This document shows positions 51,794-60,835 of a DNA stretch of 64,000 nt, piece by piece. Position 1 is the first letter of the stretch, and the number at the start of each line of letters is the position of its first letter. This stretch comes from Ostreococcus lucimarinus (taxonomy: Eukaryota): assembly GCA_000092065.1 (NCBI GenBank), contig CP000587.1. One strand, 5' to 3'. The notes below the pieces were generated by a model. It did not search any database and was not told where the DNA came from. It saw nothing but the letters and a program-made list of their open reading frames with translations. Both the position numbers and the translations under genes were made by a program.

Positions 51794-52366
51794 CTAAACT
51801 TTCGCGTCCCGCAGCTCGCGCGTCGCCACTCGCCTCCACGACGCGCACGAGTCGTCCTCCACGTCCGTCTCCCACAGACTGATCGCGCTCACAACTATCC
51901 CTCTCGACAGCCCCTCTTCCCTAAAGTACGCGTCCGCCTCCTCTCTGATCCACTCTCTCGCCATCGCATCGTCCACTCCGTACGCCAGGCTCAGGTGCGG
52001 CTCGTACGCCTCCGCCGTCGGGACGCGCGTCCCGTGCGCCCGCTTCGCCCCCTCGAGCGTCGCCATCACGCGCGCGTCCTTTCGGAACCTTCTGTACGCG
52101 CATCGATGTCGCGTCGCGCCCAGAGTCGTGGCCTCGTCGCCGACGTCGTCGAGCGCGAACGCGTCGCGCGGCGTCGCGGCGTCGTCGACGAAGCGCTCGA
52201 ACGCGTCGCGCGCGTCGCCTTCGCGCGCGTCGAACGCGCCGATCACGGTGACGTGCGGCGCGAACGCGGGCGCACCGTCGACGCGCGCGCGGACGCGCTC
52301 GATGAAGCGCGCGATGGCGCGCGCGTGCGCGGCGCGAGGCTCGAGCCACACGCTGTACGACGGCAT
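51794..52366 (-). CDS. 2H phosphoesterase (cyclic phosphodiesterase/LigT-like)
   Basis: Two H-x-T/S-x motifs (APHVTVIG and EPHLSLAYG) with 2H-family spacing. Begins SVWLEP. Confidence 0.55.
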   Translation of the reverse strand: MPSYSVWLEPRAAHARAIARFIERVRARVDGAPAFAPHVTVIGAFDAREGDARDAFERFVDDAATPRDAFALDDVGDEATTLGATRHRCAYRRFRKDARVMATLEGAKRAHGTRVPTAEAYEPHLSLAYGVDDAMAREWIREEADAYFREEGLSRGIVVSAISLWETDVEDDSCASWRRVATRELRDAKV

Positions 52367-52468
52367 GGGCGCGGTGTGCGGACGCGCGCCGAGCGCTCGG
52401 CGAAGAATGGTGGATAAAAACGTCGACTGCGATGATTCTAAGCGCTAAAAAGTCGATTCGGTGCTATG

Positions 52469-54019
52469 CTAATACGGTCTGCGTTCGTGTTGGTACACGG
52501 GCGGCGTGGTCCCGCTGCTCTTCGCGGCGGAAAAGTTCTTCTTGAAGTACACGCCGTCGTCGAGGCGTTGATAGTATTCGTCGGGGACGTAGTCTCGGGG
52601 AGAGTAGTGCTGAGCGGCGCGCGCGCTCGGACACGCCTGTAAGGCTTCCCAAATTTTCTCGATGGAGTCCTGCTTCTCAAACGTGCGCGCGCTCGACATG
52701 TTCGATGAAGACGGTTGACGCATGTCGTCCTCGAGCCAAGACTCGTGATCGGGTTCGTCCGGCGGGTACTCCTCGCGATACGCGCGGTCGATGGAGTTGG
52801 ACGCTTGCAACTCGCGCTTGCCAAGGTCGCTATCAGGATCGTCCGATCCCCAAGAGAACTGACGACAATATTTCGGTCTGGGTGGTGGTGGCCGCCGGTC
52901 ACGCGCGTGGACTTGCGCGGGCGTCGCTACAGATGCGGCACGTCCAAAACGCCGTTCTTGCTCGACTTCGCGACGCGCCTCACTCGAGTGATACGGTCGA
53001 AGATCACCGCGCCCTGTGTACCTTCGATCATCTGCGACGACACCTTGGTCGTCTCTCAGCCTTCTTGTGCTCGAGTGCGAACGTTTCGCCTTGCGCTCGG
53101 GGCTCGTTGGTTTTCGTACCACAGGAGCGCTCCCCCCGCCTCTAAGTTCGCGGTCGGCGGACCTTCGCCTCGACTTGGAACCCGAAACCGTATTCATGCG
53201 AGCCTCTTCTTCGTCCATAAAAGTACCTTTTCTTCTCAACAAGTTGCTCAAAGAGCGCATGTATACATTACGCTCTTGCAGTTTCAACGCCGGCGCGTGA
53301 AACTTTACGCCCGGCCAGCCTTGCTCCAGCATCGAGTTATAAAAAAAGCCTTGGTATCCAGCGCGCGCGATCACCTTGCACAGTTCCGCCGCAGGCACCG
53401 CATAGCGTCGCAGACTCGTCCAAATGTAGTTGACCGGTGTGAAAAGCTTGGGATACCGCACACATATGTTGGCAAAGTCTTCGTACATGATGCTTTGACC
53501 GCGTGCGCTATCCAACTGAGCAAATAAATCCTTGTACGCAGCGTATATATCCCGCGGCGCCTTGTCGCGCCAGTCATTCACATTCGCACGCGCGCGTCCC
53601 TCTTTAGTTCGATGTCTAAACATGTTCACGCTCGCTTGAATGCACGCCTTGAACTCATCTTTACTAATCGCTCCGCTATCGTCCAAATCGAGCAACCGAA
53701 ACGCGAACCGCACCCGCCCAGTCGCATTCGCCAACTGAAACGCCCCGAGCACGATTACGAACTCGCGAAAATCTATGTATCCACTCTCATCCGTGTCGAT
53801 CAACGAAAACAACCGATCGAAGAACACGTCCTGCTCCAGTTTGAACGCCCTCGCGAATTCAGACTTTTGAATTCTCCCGTCTCCGTTCGAGTCCGTCTTC
53901 TTAAACAACCGATACGACCGGATCAGGTCTCGCTCGCTCGCCGGGTCGAGCTTCAGGTTCTCTTGCAGCATGCGCGACACGCGTTGGGCGTCGAGCGAGC
54001 GACTGGAGCACAGACCCAT
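52469..54019 (-). CDS. N-myristoylated EF-hand calcium-binding protein (calcineurin-B/NCS-like) with long disordered C-terminal extension
   Basis: MGLCSS myristoylation motif. EF loops DSNGDGRIQKSEF, DTDESGYIDFREF, DLDDSGAISKDEF. About 300-aa basic/Pro-rich tail. Confidence 0.7.
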   Translation of the reverse strand: MGLCSSRSLDAQRVSRMLQENLKLDPASERDLIRSYRLFKKTDSNGDGRIQKSEFARAFKLEQDVFFDRLFSLIDTDESGYIDFREFVIVLGAFQLANATGRVRFAFRLLDLDDSGAISKDEFKACIQASVNMFRHRTKEGRARANVNDWRDKAPRDIYAAYKDLFAQLDSARGQSIMYEDFANICVRYPKLFTPVNYIWTSLRRYAVPAAELCKVIARAGYQGFFYNSMLEQGWPGVKFHAPALKLQERNVYMRSLSNLLRRKGTFMDEEEARMNTVSGSKSRRRSADRELRGGGSAPVVRKPTSPERKAKRSHSSTRRLRDDQGVVADDRRYTGRGDLRPYHSSEARREVEQERRFGRAASVATPAQVHARDRRPPPPRPKYCRQFSWGSDDPDSDLGKRELQASNSIDRAYREEYPPDEPDHESWLEDDMRQPSSSNMSSARTFEKQDSIEKIWEALQACPSARAAQHYSPRDYVPDEYYQRLDDGVYFKKNFSAAKSSGTTPPVYQHERRPY

Positions 54020-54335
54020 GGTGAATCACGCCGGCGGGTCGCGGTTGGGATTGGCGTGCCCGCGGGGCGTTCCCGCGCGAGGTCGCGTCGCGCGCGCGGC
54101 GAACGAGACGAGACGGGACGACGCACGACGACGAAGCGTGCGGTCTCACCCGTGCGCGCGCGCGACGCGAGAAGGCGCGCCGGTGAGTGACGTCGGATGA
54201 GCGCGACGGTGCCAACTGTTTGTCGTCCGCTCTTCGCGCGAGGGCGCGGAGCGCGAGTCGGGTGGCTTCGCGCGACGCCGATGGATGGAACTACGCTTAA
54301 AGATGAGTGTTAAACGGACGTGAAATCGATGTCAG

Positions 54336-55907
54336 CTAAGGCATTAGAGACGGTTCGTGTAACGGTTCGAGCGGCGCGTCGCCGTCGTGCGCCGTGCTGT
54401 TATCTACTTGGCACATTTCCCATATTTTTACGCCACAACCGCGCCACAGAGAGTCTTCGATGCGGTCCATCTGATCTTCCGCCGGCCAAAGACCGTCAGG
54501 AGTCGCCAAAACAGCACCGATATAAGACTGACCGGCAGACTTTGCCGCACCAGCGTAGTAGTACAGCGACCAACTCAAATCATCCGCGGCGTCGACGACG
54601 CGCCAGTACTCCTCGCTCGTCACGCCGTTGTCCATGAAGGAAAAAATAAATGTTCCCGGTGTCTCTGCGCGCCTACATCGGTAATCGCTTCGACGGTACA
54701 CGCTCCGACCGTCGAGAGTGTTCACTTTGAAAACAGGATTATACCAGAAAGCAGTTTTGTTTTTCTTATCCTTGTACCATATCTGGAACTGATTCGGAAA
54801 GTAATCGTACGCAGGATTTTGCCCAGCGACGGCGAGCCAACTGTATTGCTTTTCGCCGAGCCATCCTTGCATTATACGCTCCGCGGCGGCGTGCGTCAAC
54901 ATCTCGCCACGCCACGTCGTCATGGGAAGCACAGCCGGTAACTGCGGTCGCTTGGCGTCGTTCCCGAGACAATTGTGCTTGTGAAGCATGCACCTAGCGA
55001 GCTTCTCAAACTGTTCGTTCTGATAGCTCCTTATGCACGTGTACGTGCACACTTGATCGTTGAGTCCGCACGCATCCACGCAATCGAGGCTCTTTTTGCA
55101 TTGCGGATTCTGGTAACACGCGAGTAACTGTTTGTTGCAGTTGCTCGCGATGCACCAAACGTTACCGAGCGTGATGTCCTGGTTTATGTCGACTGCCGGC
55201 ACGCGAGCGCCCGACGCGTCGACGAGCAACAAGATTGAGAGCAACGTATCGAGATGATTTCCACGCGCGTACAACTCCTTCACTTGATCCATCAGTCGTA
55301 CATCCTTCGCCGCCTGACTCCAAGGCGTTAATTTTGCGCCTACCGCGCGCAACTGTCGCGTCGGCTGATAACAAATCCGCTCGTCCGCCTCCAACGCCGG
55401 TGAATTCAGCGCGCAACCAGTCGCCGCCGATGCCGTAGCGCGTCGCACTCTCCCCGCCGTCTCCTCATCATCGACATCTATCGCGATGAAGACATCCGCA
55501 TCGCTCGCACCGCTCGCCCGCATCTCTTCATCGCTCGCGTCGACATCGACCACGATCATCCGTAGCGTTCCCTCGTCCGCGTCGCTCCACGCGACTCTTC
55601 TCGCCAGGTGTTCGAACACTTCACCAAAGCTCGGCCCCTCGACGTCGAACCGTCCGCGCGCCGCGAGTGATTTCGGATACCGCATGAACGACAACGCATC
55701 CTTTCGCGCGAAGCACGCCACGGTGCACGCGGCGCTGGACGCCGCGCGCGACGCGTCGACGACGTCGGGACTGGGCTGGATGGGCGACGTCACGGCGGTG
55801 GCGACGACGCGCGCGGCGCGCGCGGGACCGCGGCGACGCGCGGACGACGCGGTGTGCTGCGCCACCGGTCGCGCGCGCGATGCGGACGCGAACGCGTCGG
55901 CGCGCAT
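54336..55907 (-). CDS. violaxanthin de-epoxidase (VDE)-like lipocalin protein, chloroplast-targeted
   Basis: Transit-peptide-like N-terminus. Cys-rich block (CIASNCNKQLLACYQNPQCKKSLDCVDACGLNDQVCTYTCIRSY). Lipocalin-like core (WYKDKKNKTAFWYNP...DDLSWSLYYYAGA). By-eye assignment to VDE/VDE-related family. Confidence 0.55.
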   Translation of the reverse strand: MRADAFASASRARPVAQHTASSARRRGPARAARVVATAVTSPIQPSPDVVDASRAASSAACTVACFARKDALSFMRYPKSLAARGRFDVEGPSFGEVFEHLARRVAWSDADEGTLRMIVVDVDASDEEMRASGASDADVFIAIDVDDEETAGRVRRATASAATGCALNSPALEADERICYQPTRQLRAVGAKLTPWSQAAKDVRLMDQVKELYARGNHLDTLLSILLLVDASGARVPAVDINQDITLGNVWCIASNCNKQLLACYQNPQCKKSLDCVDACGLNDQVCTYTCIRSYQNEQFEKLARCMLHKHNCLGNDAKRPQLPAVLPMTTWRGEMLTHAAAERIMQGWLGEKQYSWLAVAGQNPAYDYFPNQFQIWYKDKKNKTAFWYNPVFKVNTLDGRSVYRRSDYRCRRAETPGTFIFSFMDNGVTSEEYWRVVDAADDLSWSLYYYAGAAKSAGQSYIGAVLATPDGLWPAEDQMDRIEDSLWRGCGVKIWEMCQVDNSTAHDGDAPLEPLHEPSLMP

Positions 55908-56092
55908 GAAGCCGGAAGCGCGGGTGTGTCGAGGCGTGAACTGTGGAACTAAGACTGACTATGGATATGACAAAACGGTGCGGTATGGTATATAAATGTG
56001 GTCAAAATTGGCGACCGCTCGGCTTCGTCGACGGCGACGTGGAGCGAAAATTGGTGTGCGTCGCAAATAAGAACCGCGAGCAGACAGTGACA

Positions 56093-58240
56093 TCACCGCT
56101 GTTCAGCGCTGACGAGCGGGCGGTACATGTCGTGCAAGGCTTGGAGCTGATGGAGAAGTCCAAGGTATTGCGTCGACGTATAATCAAAGCACGCCGGGAA
56201 AACGGAACGGCGGTCCGATTCTTTGGCGACTTTGCTTGCCAAGACGATCTCTGAGAGTTCGAGCAGCCTGGCTGTGTGAAGCGTCCCCATGCAAGCGTCC
56301 GCTTCGGCTAGCGCTTGCTTATTTCTCAAAGCAGCTTCGCAGAACTGATAGTCCATCGTGAGCACGGCGAGAAGCGCGGCAGTCTGCATGCACGCCTCTT
56401 CTTGTGAGAGATTCAACAGCCTCGCTTCGAGATTGCGCATGGACGTCGGCGCTCGCTTGAGAAATTCCAAGATGTTCAAAGTGACGTGAAGGTCGGAGAA
56501 GTCTGCGGCGCGGAACATCAACACGCGGTGATTCGCGTGTAGGCTACCGAGTCTAGACAGCAATGAGCTCGTCTCAGCGGTGAACTTTTGCGCGTTCTCC
56601 ACCATGATGACGGATTCCCATCGAACCTGCCGCAAGAGCACGATGTCCAGCACCACCGTTGAGTGCGTCGTGATGAGAACATTGAAGCGAGGAGTTGACA
56701 CGCCGTTGGTCGCACGGGGAAAGGCGCCGACGAAGGACCATTCGTGCTGTTGTACGGTCGCACGGCACGTTGCCGAGCCGCCGTACTCGACGACGTTCAC
56801 GTCTGGCGCAATACGACTGAATTCGCGGGACCAGTGCTCCAGCTCGCTCTCGGCGACGATGATGAGAGACGGCCCGTGTTCGTCGTACTGGCGCTTTCGA
56901 TCGGCAATAAAGTTAGCCGCGACCTCGGCGTGTTTACAGAGCGGCGAGTTATCCACGAAACACACGCCCTCCTTTTCAAACCACGTCGCTAAGAGCCAAC
57001 GTGCGACGCATTGTACGCCTTTGCTCGGTTTGTTACTCTCGTCGACGTTTGCCAAGCTCGGTGGCACGCTGTACGGGCGTTTGAGACTTTCGTGGTCGAA
57101 CTGGGTGTAGCGTTCGAGCAACATGTCGAAATCGTCGTGCCCATCTATCGTCTCCCATGTGCAGTCGGCGTACGGTAATCCCCACCACTTGACGAGCAAG
57201 CGCGTGTTTGGCGGCATGCCCGTCACGTTCACGACGCGTTGCGGGCGCAACCAGGTGCGTTTAACCGCGTATACGGGGTCACCCAACACCGCACGAGGGT
57301 ATTGCGCCTCGAAAGCCCTGAGAATATCCGGACACGCGCGCTCCAAATCCCTCTCGCGCACCCACGAGTTTCGCGCGTGCGACCGTCCTTCCCAGCGCAC
57401 GTAGCACTCCGCCACATCGCGAACGCGTCGCCCAAACACCCCAACCACGCGCTCACCCTCACCAAGAACTTTTTCCAAATCTACGACTTCGAAATCATCC
57501 GCGCCCACGTCCGCGCCCGCATCCGCGTCCTTCGCGTCCTTCGCGTCCTTCGCGTCCTTCGCGTCCTTCGCGCGCTCGTCGTCTCTTCGCGCCCCGTTCC
57601 CATCCTTATCGTCCGCATCGCTTCCAGTATTCGGCGATCGCGCCTCCGGCGGCGTCGCTCGCTTCACGCTCTCCACCGTCCGTCGCGTTCTTCGGCGCGT
57701 CTCTCGTCGTCCCAACGCGCCCGCGCGTTCGTCGCCCGCGCGTTCGCTCAAGTCGCTCCCGCTGCTCCCGCTCGACCCCTTGCTCGCGCGTCTTTTCCCG
57801 TCCTCGCGCCTCGTCGTCCGCGTCGCCCGCGTCGCCTTGCCCACTAAATCGCTCGCCGACGAGTCGTTCGAGCGTTCATCGCGATCGCTCGACGACGTTC
57901 GCGTCGCGCGGCGGTTCGCGAGCGTCGCGCGGCGTCGCGTCGCGGGCATTTCCGCGATATCTTTTCCCGGGACGCGATGACGGCGCGCGCGCGCGCTCGA
58001 CGCGTCGAGATCGTCGCGCGGCGCGCGCGACGGGCGCGAAAAAATTCGCGCGTACCGCGCGCGCTCGCGGTGTGCGCCGATGGAGTTGGACGCGTCGCCG
58101 CGGGCGCGGGGCGCGCGCGCGGGACTGCGACGCGCGAGGGCGCTTTTTCGCGCGAAAAAGGCGGCTTTTTCGGCACGAGATCGAGATCTCTTGAGTCGTG
58201 AACGGTCGATGGAGGGGGTCGAACGGATGCTTTTATCCAA
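56093..58240 (-). CDS. double-chromodomain protein with SNF2-N-like domain (CHD-like), ATPase motifs apparently degenerate
   Basis: Chromodomains CYVRWEGRSHARNSWVRERDL and VKWWGLPYADCTWE. Region collinear with SNF2 N-domain blocks, but GxGKT is replaced by DNSPLCKH and DEAH by VENA. In-frame (KDA)n repeat in the N-terminal region. Confidence 0.55.
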   Translation of the reverse strand: MDKSIRSTPSIDRSRLKRSRSRAEKAAFFARKSALARRSPARAPRARGDASNSIGAHRERARYARIFSRPSRAPRDDLDASSARARRHRVPGKDIAEMPATRRRATLANRRATRTSSSDRDERSNDSSASDLVGKATRATRTTRREDGKRRASKGSSGSSGSDLSERAGDERAGALGRRETRRRTRRTVESVKRATPPEARSPNTGSDADDKDGNGARRDDERAKDAKDAKDAKDAKDADAGADVGADDFEVVDLEKVLGEGERVVGVFGRRVRDVAECYVRWEGRSHARNSWVRERDLERACPDILRAFEAQYPRAVLGDPVYAVKRTWLRPQRVVNVTGMPPNTRLLVKWWGLPYADCTWETIDGHDDFDMLLERYTQFDHESLKRPYSVPPSLANVDESNKPSKGVQCVARWLLATWFEKEGVCFVDNSPLCKHAEVAANFIADRKRQYDEHGPSLIIVAESELEHWSREFSRIAPDVNVVEYGGSATCRATVQQHEWSFVGAFPRATNGVSTPRFNVLITTHSTVVLDIVLLRQVRWESVIMVENAQKFTAETSSLLSRLGSLHANHRVLMFRAADFSDLHVTLNILEFLKRAPTSMRNLEARLLNLSQEEACMQTAALLAVLTMDYQFCEAALRNKQALAEADACMGTLHTARLLELSEIVLASKVAKESDRRSVFPACFDYTSTQYLGLLHQLQALHDMYRPLVSAEQR
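57527..57571. repeat. (gtccttcgc)5 in-frame coding nonamer repeat (encodes KDAKDAKDA...)
   Basis: Read directly. Lies inside the 56093..58240 ORF. Confidence 0.8.
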
Positions 58241-58265
58241 AAAGTGCCTTGCGCGCGAATCGCGC

Positions 58266-59888
58266 TCACGCGCGCGGCTTTGGTCGGCGCGCGCGAGGCG
58301 GGTCTCTCTCGCGCGCGGCGCGCGGTCGTTTGGCCGAGGCGGCGCGGTCGCGGAGATCGGCGACGAAGATGACGTCGTCGGTGGTGGTGGTGGTGGCGTC
58401 GGCGGCGTCGGAGTCGGCGTCCGCGTCGGCGGCGGCGTCGGCGGCGAGCGCGCGGCGAAGCGCCGAGACGTTGTCGCGCGGGAAGGTGTCGAGGGAAATG
58501 CGTCTGAGCTCGCGTGGGAGCGAGCGACAAGACGCTAAATCGATCGTGCGGAGGTTCGGAAAGCGGCCGTGGCGACCGGAGACGAGGTGTTTGATCGTGG
58601 AGGTGGTGACGCCGGATCCGGGGACGCGCAAGACTCGAAGCGGAAAGTCTGGGCCTTCGTGGGCGAAGAGTTGCTCGAACGCGGCGTCGGTGACGAACCT
58701 CGCGTTCGCACCTACGTCTGCAAGCTCGAGGACTTCGAGCGCGGGACAGAGATGAGCGAGGATGTGCGCCACCGCGCCGTCGTCGGAGGAAATCGGGGTA
58801 CGCGCGCATCGAAGCGTCTTGAGCCGCGTCGGCAGGCGATCCCACACGAGGTTGCGCCAGTCCCCTATGTGCGTGCACCCCGTGAGATCGAGAATTTCGA
58901 TGCTCTCTATCGATCCGTACAACATGGATATCATCGTCTCGTCGTTCACGTTCGAGTTGCCGTATCGATGCCCGACGCTCGTCGTCTCCATGGACACCGC
59001 AATTTCGAGCACGCGCAAGTCTTTCCAGCACGTGTGTTCGAAATCTTCGCCAATATCGCCCACGATGCGCCATCCTGATTCTCCGCCAAAATGATTTAGC
59101 TTGAGCTCTTGTAAATGCGGAAGCGCGCGCTGCATGCTGAAGAGCGGAAACCGCACGTCTTCGCCGCAATTCGTGAGGTCGAGCGAGCGAAGCTCGCCGC
59201 AGCGCCTTATCGTCTCGAATAATCTGACCGCTCGCGTCGAGAACGCCCGGCGCTCGTGAGGAGAGTACGGCGCTTCTCGTCCGCAACTGACACTTCGCAA
59301 CGTGTCGCAATTACGAGCGATAAAGTACTCAAAGACTTCGAGTACGTCCGCGGGCGTCATCTTTGGCGAGCTCAAATCTATCTTAATCGCCGCCAGACCC
59401 GGTCGCTGCTCCGCAAAGGCGATCATGGCCGATTTCGTAAATGATCCACCACTAAAAACTACGCTCTCCAGCGACTCGCAACTCTCTCCAAGCAGGCGCA
59501 ACGTCGCGTCCGTCAACTTCCCGCACCCCGACAAATTCAACCGCCGAACGCCGCCAAACACATTCTTTTTCGCGTACGCCCGCATCCTCGCGTCCGTCGC
59601 CGCGCAGAACCCATACGAAATATCGAATTCCTCGTAAAACATCGCCGGTTCCCGCTCGATCGCGTCGCGGAACGTCCTCGACACGCATCGCAGCGCCGCC
59701 GCCGTCGTCGTCCCGCGCGCGCCGTCGTCCCGCACCCGTCTCGCCAAAATCTCCTGCACGATCTCCATCGGCAGCGAATCCAGCGTCGTCCTCGCGTACC
59801 GCGCGTCCTCGCGCGCCGTCGTCGTCGCCCGCAGCGCCTGCATCGCGCGTTCGTCGTCGTCCGGCGTCATCGACTCGGCCACCACCAC
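58266..59888 (-). CDS. F-box/LRR-repeat protein (cysteine-containing LRR subtype, FBXL-like)
   Basis: F-box LPMEIVQEILARRV. CC-type LRRs LNLSGCGKLTD, LDLTNCGE, LDLTGCTHIGD. Confidence 0.65.
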   Translation of the reverse strand: MVVAESMTPDDDERAMQALRATTTAREDARYARTTLDSLPMEIVQEILARRVRDDGARGTTTAAALRCVSRTFRDAIEREPAMFYEEFDISYGFCAATDARMRAYAKKNVFGGVRRLNLSGCGKLTDATLRLLGESCESLESVVFSGGSFTKSAMIAFAEQRPGLAAIKIDLSSPKMTPADVLEVFEYFIARNCDTLRSVSCGREAPYSPHERRAFSTRAVRLFETIRRCGELRSLDLTNCGEDVRFPLFSMQRALPHLQELKLNHFGGESGWRIVGDIGEDFEHTCWKDLRVLEIAVSMETTSVGHRYGNSNVNDETMISMLYGSIESIEILDLTGCTHIGDWRNLVWDRLPTRLKTLRCARTPISSDDGAVAHILAHLCPALEVLELADVGANARFVTDAAFEQLFAHEGPDFPLRVLRVPGSGVTTSTIKHLVSGRHGRFPNLRTIDLASCRSLPRELRRISLDTFPRDNVSALRRALAADAAADADADSDAADATTTTTDDVIFVADLRDRAASAKRPRAARERDPPRARRPKPRA

Positions 59889-60835
59889 GTCGCCCTTCGC
59901 GTCGTCTCGTCGCTCGCGCGCGCCGCGTTCGGGTACCCTCGCAGCCCGTTGGCGAAGATCGCGATCGACGCCACCGCGGCGAGGACGGTGAGGTCGTTCC
60001 GGCGCCCCGGCGTCATCGTCTGCCGCGCGCGCGGATCAGCAATCGCGCGCGCGGGCGCGCGCGCCACGCCATGCGGTAAACAGTGTCGTACACTTTCCGG
60101 ATGATGCGCTATATAAAACTCCACAATACACCCGTATACCCGTATATCCAATTAGACGCGCGTGCGGATTTCAAAGCCCATCGGAGCTGTCGCGCGGGCA
60201 CCGCGCGCCGCATTGCACGACGCGGTCGCGTCCGACGCCACGCGCGCGCGCGAAACGCACGCGACGCGCGCCCGCGTAAAGCGCGCACCGTAAATCTCTC
60301 GCGCGCGATCGCCGATCGTCGATCGCGCGATCGCGCGGGAAACGCACGACCGCGCGACGCATCGTTCGCAGCGCATCGCGACGCAACGCATCGATTCCGC
60401 GCGACGTCGCCATGCCCGGCGCGCGCGCGCCTCGAGCGGTGCACGCGCGACAGGACGCGATGACGCCGTTCGGGGATTTTATCTGCGTCCCCGTGCGCAC
60501 GATCGAGGACGTGGGCGGGGAGGAGCGCGACGCGAGAGCGCGCGGAGAGGCGCTCGACCACGAAGTGCGGTGCGTGATTTGAATGCGCGCGCGATGCGAC
60601 GAACGCGCGGCGCGGACGGCGATGCGAGGAGGCGCGACGCGCGACGACGCGCGGATGCGAAGACTGACTTAACGTCGTACCGGTCGATGGCGCGCGCGAT
60701 CGCAGGGCGTACAAGCTCGGGAAGAAGAAGCGGAGTTACAACCAAGTCGAACTCGCGTTTGAACGCCAACGGGAGGGACGGGCGAGCGCGGGCGAGCGCG
60801 CGCGAGAGGGACGCGGCGCGAGGATATTTGAAGCC

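Noticed and set aside
57844-59310. 488-aa minus-strand low-complexity ORF overlapping the CHD-like and F-box genes
   Set aside because: Out of frame with both. Translation dominated by R/A/H runs.
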